NCBI GenBank assembly: GCA_965204755.1
Contig: OZ242011.1
Location: 1,536,001 to 1,600,000 of the forward strand
From: Candidatus Marinacidobacterium sp.
GTDB lineage: Bacteria; Acidobacteriota; Vicinamibacteria; Marinacidobacterales; Marinacidobacteraceae
Length of the DNA: 64,000 nucleotides
Reading direction: 5' to 3'
Shown: one piece after another, positions 9,579-21,089 of the stretch
Numbering within the stretch: position 1 is the first letter of the stretch
Layout: each line of letters opens with the position of its first letter
Program-made: the position numbers and the translations under genes
The notes under the pieces: generated by a model
What the model saw: the letters and a program-made list of their open reading frames with translations, nothing else
The model's database searches: none
Told to the model about the DNA's origin: nothing

Positions 9579-12098
9579 ATGACCCCGCGGCGAGGGTCGC
9601 TGACCGGCGGCGCCGCCGCCTTCGCGCTGCTCGCGGCGCTCGGGAGCCCGGTGGCGCCCGCCCTCGCGCAGATGAGCCCGCTGCGTTTCCCGCCGGTCGC
9701 CGGCGGCCAGATCCGGATCGAGAACTACCTGGTCCCGCGGGTGACTTCCTGGCCGGCCTACCCGGCGTGGTCTCCGGACGGCAGCGAGATCGCCTTCGCC
9801 CTCGACGGGCGCCTGTGGGCCGTTCCGGCGGACGGCGGCGAAGCGCGGCAACTCACCGGCGGCCCGACCGACCCGGCCCCGGCGTACGACTTCGAGCCGG
9901 ACTGGACGCCGGACGGGGAGTTCGTCGTCTTCTCCCGCGACCTCGACGGCAACCTCGACATCTGGCGGATCGCCGCCGCGGGAACCGGCGGCGGCGCGGC
10001 GCCGACCCGGCTCACCGACGACCCGGCGATGGACTTCCACCCGCGGGCCGGCGAAGGCGGCCGGGTTCTCTACTCCTCGGCCGGCGGCGGCGACTTCGAC
10101 ATCCGCGAGATCGGGCTCGAGGACGGCGAAGACCGCCTCCGCTGGGGCGGCGGCTCCAACGAGATCCAGCCGGACCCGGGGCCGGGCGCCGGCGAGGACG
10201 CGTTCTTCGTCGCCGTCTCCTCGCGGTCGGACGCCCCCGGAACGGGCGGGATCTTCCGGGTGGAGGGGCCGGACGACGCCCGGGAACTCCACTTGGAGGA
10301 AACCACCTTCCGCACGCGGCCGGCCGTCTCCCCGGACGGCAAGACGATCGCCTTCGCCTCCGACATCCGCGGGACCTACGACCTGTTCCTGCTGTCGTCC
10401 GAGGGCGGGATGCCGTTCCGGCTGACTCGGGATAACGATGCAGACGAGCGCGAACCCGCCTGGTCGCCGGACGGCTCGCGCATCGCGTACGCGACGAACC
10501 GGGGCCGCGAGCCGGAACTCCGGACGATCGGCGTCGAGGGCGGCGGTTCCCGGCGCCTGGCCATCCCGGGCCTTCGCCGGGCCGGCCCGGAGTGGGGGAG
10601 GCTGCGGGTCGAGAGCGACCTTCCGGCGCGGGCGACCGTGCTCGGCGCCGACGGCCGGGCCCACGCCCCGCGCGGCGCCTTCCGGCGCATCGTCTCCTAC
10701 ACCGAGACCCACTACTTCCACACCGCCGGGAGTTTCGAGGTCGAACTCCCGCCCGGCCGGGCCGTCGTCCGGCTGAAGCGCGGCGTCGAGTTCCGGCCGT
10801 TCCAACGGGAAGTCGAGATCCGTTCCGGCGAAGCGGCGGCGCTGGAAGTGCGCCTCGAACGGTTCGCGAACTCCGGCGAAGCGGGCTGGCATTCCGGGGA
10901 CACCCATGTCCACGACCTCCACGCCGGCGACCTGCAGATCACTCCGGCGGACCTGGTGGCGCAGGCGGAAGCCGAGGCGGTGGAGGTGGTCCACGCGCTC
11001 ATCCATGTGGACGGGAGCCGCACCATGGGCGACCCCGCCCGGTTCGTCCCCGGCGCCCACCCGGCGTCTTCGGGCGGCGTGCTGCTCCGCTACGGGCAGG
11101 AGTACCGGATGCCCTTCGGGCACCGCACCTTCCTGAATCCCGAGCGGCTGTTCTACCCGCTGGCCACCGGGGTGCCCGGAACCGCCCGCGCCGCCCCCTT
11201 CCCGCCGCTCTTCGAGTACATCCGCCGGATCCGCGCCGAGCAGGGCGACCACCTCGTGGTGGGAATGCCGCACCCCTACTTCGGCTATCTCGCCGCCGGG
11301 GAACCGTTCACCGGCGCCTCTCCTTCGGAGATCCCGGTGGATGCGGCCCTCGGGGTGGTGGACTTCTTCGACCTGAACTGCATCCCCAGTTCCGAGGCGG
11401 GCGCGGCGGCGATCTACGCCCGGCTGCTGAACGCCGGGTTCCGGCTCGCGGCCGCCGGGGGTTCCGACACTTTCTCGGACACCTCCCGCGACCCCCCGCT
11501 CGGTACCGGCCGCACCTACGCGCGGGTGGAGGGGGAGTTGACCGTCGAGAAGTGGGACCGGGCGCTGAAGGCCGGGCGCAGTTACTCGACGAACGGGCCG
11601 CTGCTCGAACTCGCGGTGGACGGCGCCGGAATGGGCGAGGAAGTCCGCCGCCCGGCCGGGGCGGCGCTGCCGGTGGCAGCCCGCGCCGTTTCCGCCGTCC
11701 CGATGGAGCGGCTGACGGTGCTCGTGAACGGGCAGCCGTGGCTGGAGGCCGTCGGGAACCCCGACGCCGACCCGGTCGCCGACTCACCCTTCGAGTTGGA
11801 AGCGCGCGGCGAACTCGAACTCCCGGAGAGCGCCTGGATCGCCGTCCGCGTGGACGGCCCGAAATCGGTATGGACGACCGACAGCGCCCTCTTCGCCCAC
11901 TCCACCCCGGTGTACGCCGTCATCGGCGGCCGCCCGATCGTGGTGGAGAGCGACCGGGCCTACCTGGAGCGGATGATCGTGGACTTCGGGGAGGCGATGG
12001 AGCGTCGCGATGACTGGCGAAACGAGGAGCAGCGCCGCCTGGTCCTCGCCGGCGTCACCGAAGCCCTCGAACGAATCCGCTCCGCCGCGCGCCGATAG
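9579..12098 (+). CDS. Secreted TolB/PD40 beta-propeller fused to a CehA/McbA-type PHP metallohydrolase
   Basis: Signal peptide, several WSPDG/VSPDG repeats, SGDTHVH, LNAGFRLAAAGGSD, STNGPLL. Confidence 0.85.
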   Translation: MTPRRGSLTGGAAAFALLAALGSPVAPALAQMSPLRFPPVAGGQIRIENYLVPRVTSWPAYPAWSPDGSEIAFALDGRLWAVPADGGEARQLTGGPTDPAPAYDFEPDWTPDGEFVVFSRDLDGNLDIWRIAAAGTGGGAAPTRLTDDPAMDFHPRAGEGGRVLYSSAGGGDFDIREIGLEDGEDRLRWGGGSNEIQPDPGPGAGEDAFFVAVSSRSDAPGTGGIFRVEGPDDARELHLEETTFRTRPAVSPDGKTIAFASDIRGTYDLFLLSSEGGMPFRLTRDNDADEREPAWSPDGSRIAYATNRGREPELRTIGVEGGGSRRLAIPGLRRAGPEWGRLRVESDLPARATVLGADGRAHAPRGAFRRIVSYTETHYFHTAGSFEVELPPGRAVVRLKRGVEFRPFQREVEIRSGEAAALEVRLERFANSGEAGWHSGDTHVHDLHAGDLQITPADLVAQAEAEAVEVVHALIHVDGSRTMGDPARFVPGAHPASSGGVLLRYGQEYRMPFGHRTFLNPERLFYPLATGVPGTARAAPFPPLFEYIRRIRAEQGDHLVVGMPHPYFGYLAAGEPFTGASPSEIPVDAALGVVDFFDLNCIPSSEAGAAAIYARLLNAGFRLAAAGGSDTFSDTSRDPPLGTGRTYARVEGELTVEKWDRALKAGRSYSTNGPLLELAVDGAGMGEEVRRPAGAALPVAARAVSAVPMERLTVLVNGQPWLEAVGNPDADPVADSPFELEARGELELPESAWIAVRVDGPKSVWTTDSALFAHSTPVYAVIGGRPIVVESDRAYLERMIVDFGEAMERRDDWRNEEQRRLVLAGVTEALERIRSAARR

Positions 12099-12496
12099 CG
12101 ACTCTCGAATTCAAGCGGGGCGGGACTGCGCCTGGTAGTCCCATGGGGTCGCACGACGGCGTTTCGAAGCACCGCCCCACCCGGCTTGAAGCCGAGCGTT
12201 CCCTCTGTCGGGCTTGCCAAGCATCCCTCACTCACGAAGAGGTGTCGGATGGGATGCGACCCTTGGCCGGGAATGTAGCGCGAGAACGCCCCCGAAGCAC
12301 TCCACCGGCGTCAGTCGGCTCCGGCGGCGACGGACCTGACCTCGCGGCGCTCTCGGACGGGAGGAACCAGTGGCGGTCGTCCCCGATTTCCGAAAGGCGG
12401 GGGCTGCCCGGCGCTTCTCGGTGCGGCGAACGATCCGTTCCTTCGGGTGGCCCGAAAGAACGAGCGCGGCGCTGACGCCTATCGCGTCCGGTCCGG

Positions 12497-13522
12497 TCAG
12501 ATGACAACTTGGCGCAACCGCCGGACGGCCGCTTCGTAGAACTCCGGGACGATTTCGGCGCTGAAGCATCGTCTGTCGAGAACGGCGGACGAGAGCGCGG
12601 CCGGACAGAGTCCTCCGAACGGCTCCCAAACGACATCCCCCGGATCGGTGCTGGCCTCGATGGCGATTCGGATGAGCGCCACCGGCTTCTGGCTGCCGTG
12701 GAGGCTCCGGTACTTCCACTTCATTCGAGAGCGAACGCCGCGGAGGCGTTCCCGCCCGGAAACCTGGGGATGGCGCCAGACATTCGTGATACCGACGGAG
12801 CAGCGGAACTTCGCGCGCATCCGCGTCCAGTCGGCGGCGGTGAGCGGCTCTCGACCGTCGAGACTGAAGTACGGCCGACCCTTCGGATCGCCGTTCTCGT
12901 TCGCATGGCGAACGAGGCGCGCAAACAGGCGCGGGGGCGGGTGGTACCAGTGATGGTCGGCGGTCAGGTACTTGCGCGTGGCGGCGCTCGACACCCCGCA
13001 GGCGTCGTTGGCGGCGCGGTAGGGAAGACCGGTGCGCCTCCACTCCGCCCGGAGCCAGTCCTGCGCGGAAACCCGTCCCCCGGGCGCGGCGAAGCGAGCC
13101 GGCAGCACGTACTGCGCGCACGCTTCGGTGACCACCGGAAACTTGCGAAGCGTCGCCGTGTTGCAATTGCCGGCGACATGACCGAGCCCCTTGTCCCAGA
13201 TGTGGCACGAGCGGTATTCCCAACCGTACTCCGCGAGCACCGGATGCACCGTCGCCCAGCCGAGTTCGGTATTCCAAAACCACAGGGTCGTCTCCGGGCT
13301 CGAGCCGGCGGTCCATTCGCGAATGTGAGGCCGATACCACTCGGCGAGGCCGCGCGCGTCCGGGAGATCGCCGGGGAACCCGCCGACGCCGTACGGCCCG
13401 TCCACGATCACGCACACCGGTGTCGGCCAAGTGGCGTACAGTCCTTCGGCGGGCGCGAAATGGATCGCTACGCCGCCTCGTCGAAACGAGTCTGCCGCCG
13501 GCGACGCGGGCGGGTGCTCCAC
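12497..13522 (-). CDS. Site-specific DNA methyltransferase (beta class, N4-C/N6-A), orphan
   Basis: Variant motif IV VDGPYG, IWDKG, HGSQKPVALI, VVWEPFGG motif I; start uncertain. Confidence 0.85.
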   Translation of the reverse strand: MEHPPASPAADSFRRGGVAIHFAPAEGLYATWPTPVCVIVDGPYGVGGFPGDLPDARGLAEWYRPHIREWTAGSSPETTLWFWNTELGWATVHPVLAEYGWEYRSCHIWDKGLGHVAGNCNTATLRKFPVVTEACAQYVLPARFAAPGGRVSAQDWLRAEWRRTGLPYRAANDACGVSSAATRKYLTADHHWYHPPPRLFARLVRHANENGDPKGRPYFSLDGREPLTAADWTRMRAKFRCSVGITNVWRHPQVSGRERLRGVRSRMKWKYRSLHGSQKPVALIRIAIEASTDPGDVVWEPFGGLCPAALSSAVLDRRCFSAEIVPEFYEAAVRRLRQVVI

Positions 13523-13555
13523 GCCGACAATTCTGCGCGTTCGGTAGGACAGGAA

Positions 13556-15103
13556 ATGTCGCGGGCCGGCCGACCCGGGGCCGATCGGGTTCGGAGGCGA
13601 AACGGCGAACGCCGCCCCTTCGCCGGAGGGGGGGATACGGCGACGCGGCCACTCCTGAGACCGGAGCGTTCGGCCGAGGTCGTCGTCGTCGGGGCCGGGC
13701 CGGCGGGGGCGCTGGCGGCGCGGCAGTTGGCTCGGTTCGGGGTCGAGGTCGTCCTCGTCCATCGGGCTCGGCGGCAGCAGCGGGCGGAGAGTCTGGGGGC
13801 TTCCGCGGCGCGGCTGCTCGGCTCCTACGGGCTGGAACTGCCGGAGTCGGTGTTCTCGCCGCGTCCCTCCGACCACTTCGTGTTCTGGGGCGGACGCGAG
13901 GATCGGGTGGCCGCCCAGCCGGAGGATCCCGGGCGATTCGGCGAGGGGCAGCGACTGGTCTGGCGCGGCGCGCTCGACGAGTGGGCGCTCGCGGAGGCGA
14001 AGCGCGCCGGCGCGATCGTCCTGGAGGGGTCCGCGGCGCCGGCGGACGATGCGGCGCGACGGGGCGGGGGAGTCGTCCGGGTGCGGGAGAGCGCAGGGCG
14101 CGCGTTCCGGATCGAGGCGCGGGCGGTCGTGGACGCCAGCGGGCGGAGCGGGGCCTTCACCGGCGCGAGGCGCATCCGGCCCGACTTCCGGACGACCGCC
14201 CTGACCGCGCACTTCGCGGGGAGCGAAGCGCGGGGGACTTCCGTGGTCTCGTTCCCGGACGGGTGGATCTGGAGCGCGCCGCTGCCGGACGGACGACGGG
14301 AGGTGACGGCGCTGGTGGACGCGGAGGCCGCCGCGGGGAACGCCGAGGGCTGCTTCCACGCGGCGGCGGCCTCGGCGGCGGCAGCGGCCCCGGGAGTGCG
14401 GCGCTTCCTCTCCGGTTCGCAGATGGCGGCGGTCCGCGCTGCGGACGCCACGCCCTATGTGTCGGGAGCGGCGCCGCCGGAGAGGGCGAGCGCGACCGTC
14501 TTGGCGGTGGGGGACGCGTCGAGCGCGCTCGACCCGTTGACCGGGCTCGGGGTCCTGAAGGCGATGGACTCCGGGCTGACCGGGGCGGTCGCGCTCCGGA
14601 CGGCGCTCGCCCGTCCGGAGGACGCCGCGCTCGCGCTGGCCTTCCACGCCGACAAGGAGCGCGGGCTCGCCGCCGGGAGCGCGGAGCGGATCGCCGGCTT
14701 CTACGCCGAGGAGCGGCGGTTCGCCGACCGCCCGTTCTGGCGCCGCCGCGCCGGGACGCCTCCGTCGCCGTCCCCGCCGCCCGCGCCGCCGAGTCCGGAG
14801 ACCCCGCTCCATCCGGCGAAGGATGCGCGGATCGAGACGCGGGGGGTGCTCGAAGGCGACTGGATCGTTCCCGCGGAAGTCGTCGTCCGGCCGGGCCGCC
14901 ACCGGCCGGCGCATCGCGTCGGGGGCGCGCCGCTCGCGCCCCTGTTCCGGGGCGCCGAAGGAGGGGCCACCGCCGCCGAACTGGCGCGGCGAGTCCCGGG
15001 GACCGGCGCTTCCGGGATTCGGGCGGTCGGCTGGCTCGTCCGGGAGGGGTTCCTCGCCCCGGAGCGGGGCGGTCAGCCTCCCCGCCGCGAACGCTCCGAC
15101 TGA
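13556..15103 (+). CDS. qhpG: FAD-dependent monooxygenase, QhpG-like (Trp hydroxylase for CTQ)
   Basis: GAGPAG, VDASGR, GWIW, GDAS..LDPLTGLG, FYAEERRF.DRPFW and a small C-terminal domain as recalled for QhpG; qhp operon nearby. Confidence 0.65.
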   Translation: MSRAGRPGADRVRRRNGERRPFAGGGDTATRPLLRPERSAEVVVVGAGPAGALAARQLARFGVEVVLVHRARRQQRAESLGASAARLLGSYGLELPESVFSPRPSDHFVFWGGREDRVAAQPEDPGRFGEGQRLVWRGALDEWALAEAKRAGAIVLEGSAAPADDAARRGGGVVRVRESAGRAFRIEARAVVDASGRSGAFTGARRIRPDFRTTALTAHFAGSEARGTSVVSFPDGWIWSAPLPDGRREVTALVDAEAAAGNAEGCFHAAAASAAAAAPGVRRFLSGSQMAAVRAADATPYVSGAAPPERASATVLAVGDASSALDPLTGLGVLKAMDSGLTGAVALRTALARPEDAALALAFHADKERGLAAGSAERIAGFYAEERRFADRPFWRRRAGTPPSPSPPPAPPSPETPLHPAKDARIETRGVLEGDWIVPAEVVVRPGRHRPAHRVGGAPLAPLFRGAEGGATAAELARRVPGTGASGIRAVGWLVREGFLAPERGGQPPRRERSD

Positions 15104-15106
15104 CCG

Positions 15107-16339
15107 CTACGCCGAGCAGCCGCGGGCGGCGACCGGCCAGACCGCCTCGACCACCCCGCCGCGGACGGCGTACATCCGGTCGTAGAGATTCACCACCGGG
15201 TCGCAGTGGGAGACGATGAGTTCGAGTCGGTCGCCGACCCGGTAGGTGCGGCTGGGATCCTCGTAGCGGAGCGTCCCGAACTCGTCGGAGCCGGAGGTGT
15301 AGGTCATCCCGGTCTCGCCCTTCACGATCGCCCAGGGCCGGTTGATCGTGCACGCCTTCGCCCCGGCGTCGGTGGTGGCGCGGCCTTCGTACTGGGCGTT
15401 CAGCACCGTCGCCAGGACCGTGAGCGACGGCCGGAAGTCGGTGTACGCCTCCGGGTCGGACTCGCCGCCGATGGCCAGGTACTGGGCGTCCATGAAGACA
15501 TAACTCCCGGCCTGCACATCGGTGAAGCCGGGCGTCCCGTGGTCGATGTTGTAGGTGCCCGTGCCGCCGCCGCTGAAGATGCCGGTGTCGAGCCCTGACG
15601 CCTCCATCCGCTCGCAGGTTTCGGCGGCCGCCGCCAGCCGCCCGAGCGTCTGTTCGCGCCGCTTCTCGAAGCCGTGGACATGCTGCGAACCGCCGTCGTA
15701 GCAGAGCAGGCCGCGCAGCCGAAGCCCCGGCAGCCGGTCCACCAGCCGGGCCAGCGCGAGCGCCGGGTCGCCCGGCGTGATTCCCGTGCGGTGGCCGCCG
15801 GGGTCCACATCCACCACCACCTCGGCGGTAACGCCGGCGGCCCCGGCCGCCTCGGAAAGCATCCGGGCGTTGTCCTCGGTGTCGGTGGCCTGGATGAACG
15901 ACGGGTTCCGCTTCGCGAGCCCCATGGCGCGCCGGATCTTGTAGGGGGTCACATTGCTGGTGGTCATCAGCAGCGGCCCGATCCCGTGGTCGTGGAGCGC
16001 CTGCGCCTCGCTGACCTTCGCCACCGAGATGCCGAGCGCGCCGGAGTCGAGTTGCATCCGGGCGATCGCCGGGCACTTGTGGGTCTTGGCGTGCGGCCGC
16101 ACGGCGATCCCGTTGGCGGTCACCGTCCGCTGCATGACCGCGAGGTTGGCTTCGAGGGCGTCGAGGTCCACGAGCAGCGCCGGGGTGTCCAGGTCGTGGA
16201 CGGCCATCCCGTACTCCGGGGCCTCCGGGGTGGCGGCGGCGGGGTGCGGCGTTCGGGCGCCGGCGGCGGCGCTCGGGCCGAGCGCGGCCGCTCCGGCGGC
16301 GCCCAGGAAAACACGGCGGGACATCGAGTTCTCGGTCAT
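15107..16339 (-). CDS. DSD1 / D-threonine aldolase family PLP enzyme with Tat signal
   Basis: SRRVFLG; LDTPALLVD, RPHAKTHK, GGGTGT, QAGSYVFMD, HCDPVVNLYD. Confidence 0.9.
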   Translation of the reverse strand: MTENSMSRRVFLGAAGAAALGPSAAAGARTPHPAAATPEAPEYGMAVHDLDTPALLVDLDALEANLAVMQRTVTANGIAVRPHAKTHKCPAIARMQLDSGALGISVAKVSEAQALHDHGIGPLLMTTSNVTPYKIRRAMGLAKRNPSFIQATDTEDNARMLSEAAGAAGVTAEVVVDVDPGGHRTGITPGDPALALARLVDRLPGLRLRGLLCYDGGSQHVHGFEKRREQTLGRLAAAAETCERMEASGLDTGIFSGGGTGTYNIDHGTPGFTDVQAGSYVFMDAQYLAIGGESDPEAYTDFRPSLTVLATVLNAQYEGRATTDAGAKACTINRPWAIVKGETGMTYTSGSDEFGTLRYEDPSRTYRVGDRLELIVSHCDPVVNLYDRMYAVRGGVVEAVWPVAARGCSA

Positions 16340-16640
16340 GCGGAGTTTGTATCAGACCCGCGGAGGCGGGGGCCGCCTCGGTGCCGCACCGCTCGGCGCT
16401 CCCCGTTGTCCGCCGGAGGGGGGCGTCGCCGGCCGCGCGCGGGCCCCGGTCGGGCGGCTCCGCTCCCGCCCCGGCCGCTGCCCATCGGGCTCTCCGCACC
16501 ATCGGGCCTCCCCCGCCTAGAATCCGTCCCGCCACCCGGCGATGGGTTCCCTCCCCCCTCGGGGCGCTCCTGCGCACCGCGCCCCCTTCCCGCCCGACTT
16601 CCGGCCGTCCCGCCGGGCTTAGGCCCCTCTACACCGCCCC

Positions 16641-18381
<1,741 letters not shown>

Positions 18382-18385
<4 letters not shown>

Positions 18386-20913
18386 TCCTCAAGGAGTACC
18401 AGCGAAGGGCGCTGGAGCGGGTGAGGATGTATCTTCGCCTGCTCGCCGAATGGCGCGACAAGGCAGGGGGCCTCGATCCCGCGCTCGGTGTGGACTGGGC
18501 CGAACGGGCTTGGGAGGCCGCGGCGACGCGCCGCGCCTACTTCAAGAGAACGAACGGGCTCGACCAGCCGTTGCCGGTCTTCTGCCTCAAGATCCCCACG
18601 GGGGGCGGCAAGACGCTGCTGGCGACGAAAATCATCGATCTCGTCAATGTGCACTTCCGTTATCGCCAGAGCGGGCTGGTGCTTTGGGTAGTTCCGACCA
18701 AACAGATCTACGACCAGACCCTTCGCGCCCTGCGAGATCGGGACCACCCCTACCGCCAGCAACTCGACATCGCCTCCGCCGGGCGCACCGTAGTATTGGA
18801 GAAGAACAGCGGGTTCGGCCCGTCGCAGGTCGCGGAAAACCTCTGCATCCTGCTCCTCATGCTGCCCTCGGCCAACCGCGAGACCAAGGAGCAGTTGCGG
18901 ATGTTCCGGGACAGCGGCGGCTTTGCGAGTTTCTTTCCGGGCGACGACGACTTCGACGGGCACAAGGGCTTGCGGAAGAGGATCCCGAATCTGGACACTT
19001 TCGAGAAGGAGGGCGCTTACGGGAGGCACCAGATCAAGACCTCGCTCGGCAACACGCTGCGTCTGCTGGAGCCGCTGATCGTTCTCGACGAGGGGCATAA
19101 GGCCTACGGCTCGCTGGCCCGGGAGACCCTCGAAGGATTCAATCCCCACATGATCGTGGAATTGTCGGCGACGCCGACCAAGGAAGCGAATGTCCTCGTG
19201 GAAGTGTCGGGACAGGCGCTGAACGCGGAAGAGATGATCAAACTGGATCTCCATATCCAGAACAAGTCGAGCGTCAGTTGGCAGGACACGATGCTCGCCG
19301 CCGTCGAGCACCGACAACGCTTGGAGGAACGGGCGCTGGCGCACGAGGGCGAGACGGGGACCTACATCCGACCGATCTGCGTGGTGCAGGTGGAACGGAC
19401 CGGAAAGGAGCAGAGAAAGGCCGGCTTCATCCACGCGGAGGATGTGCGCGACTACCTTCTCCGCCATCCCGCAATCACGGCCGAACAGGTGGCGGTCAAG
19501 ACCAGCGCGCGCGACGAGTTGAAGGAGGTGGACGAGGTCGGCGGCCTGTTGTCGCGCGACTGCCCGATCCGCTTCATCATCACCAAGCAGGCGCTGCAGG
19601 AGGGCTGGGACTGCGCGTTCGCCTATGTCCTGGCGATCCTGACGAGCCCGAGTTCCAAAAGCGCCCTGACGCAGTTGGTGGGGCGCATCCTGCGTCAACC
19701 GTACGCCCGGAAGACGCAAGTCCCGGCCCTCGACGAGAGTTATGTCTTCTGCTTCCAACGAAACGCCAGGGACCTCCTCGATCAGGTGCGCAGAGGGTTC
19801 GGCCAAGAGGGCCTTGAGGACCTGACATCCCGCGTCCGGACGGACGACGGGGATGCGCCGCGGCCCGGAGAGACCATCACCGCCAGCCAGAGAGGCCGCT
19901 TCCGTCGGACCACCAAGGAGTTCGTCCTCCCGACCTTCGTGATTCACGAGGACGGACGATGGCGGCCCGTTCATCACGAAGTCCATCTTCTGTCCCGCGT
20001 CCGGTGGAACGAAGTGGATCTGACTCCGCTCTTCGACTTGGAACTCGGCCAAGCGGGTGGCGATCAAGTCCTTCGCGCCGGCTTGGACGGCGAGCGCTTC
20101 AATGCGGCTCCGCTCGCGGCGCCGGCGATGTCGGGAGATGCGGAAGACGGCGTGGTGGACTACTACTTCGCGGCCAACCACCTGAACGAAGTGATGCCGA
20201 ACCCGTGGAGAGCCGCCGAAGCGGCGCGGCGAGTGTTCGAGACACTGATGTCGAAGCGACCGAAGGAACTCGTCGCCGCCAACGCCCTGTTCGTCCTCGA
20301 GGAGTTGCGCAAGCACCTGGCCCTCGAACGCGACCGGCTCTCCCGGAAGGTCTTCTCCGAACTCCTCGATTCGGGAACGATGCGGTTCCTGGTCATCGCG
20401 AAGGACTTCGGCTTCAACCGGCTCCCGCTGACGATCGACTATCCCGTGAAGGAGCGCCAGGCCAACCGCGACGATGGAAGCCAGTTCCAACGCAACCTCT
20501 TCGACCGTACGAACGAGACCGACCTGAACGGCCTCGAACAGAAAGTCGCCGCCTATCTCGACGGGCAGGAACGGCTGTTCTTCTGGTACCGCAATCGATC
20601 TCGCAAGGACTTCTTCGTCCAAGGCTGGAGACCGCACCGGATCTACGCCGACTTCATCCTTACGCTCGAAGCCGACGAACCGGACGCCGACGACGAATTC
20701 CACCGCGTCTTCGTCGTAGAGACGAAGGGGGTCCACCTGAAGGATTCGGAGGACACCGCCTACAAGCGGTCGGTCTTCGACCTCTGCTCCCGCCACGCCC
20801 GGAAAGCCGACTGGGCGGACTTCGTGCCCGCCATGCGCGACAAGGTGATGCGCTTCGAAGTCGTGGACGAAGACCAGTGGGAGAGACACTTGAACACGCT
20901 CTTTCGAGCATGA
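18382..20913 (+). CDS. res: Type III restriction (Res) helicase-endonuclease
   Basis: LKEYQ, IPTGGGKT, LDEGH, SAT, LQEGWD, QLVGRILR, YADF...VVETKG nuclease motif. Confidence 0.9.
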
Positions 20914-21089
20914 AGAGGCACTCGCCGAACACCGCCAGACAAGCCTGAGGAGCCAACCCTGAGGCCGGTCGCCGAGGGTTCCCGGATGACTTCGCTCCCG
21001 TTGGCAACTTCAACGCGGAGGCGCTGAGTTCGACTCGGGCCCGCCGTCCGCGTAGCGTCCCGGACTCCGTGCGGCCCAGGTCGAAACAC

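Noticed and set aside
13556-15103. Tryptophan halogenase call
   Set aside because: Has WIWSAP rather than WxWxIP; the C-terminal domain and context favour QhpG
20914-21089. Possible tRNA or att site at the R-M block edge
   Set aside because: No cloverleaf or matching flanking repeat found by eye
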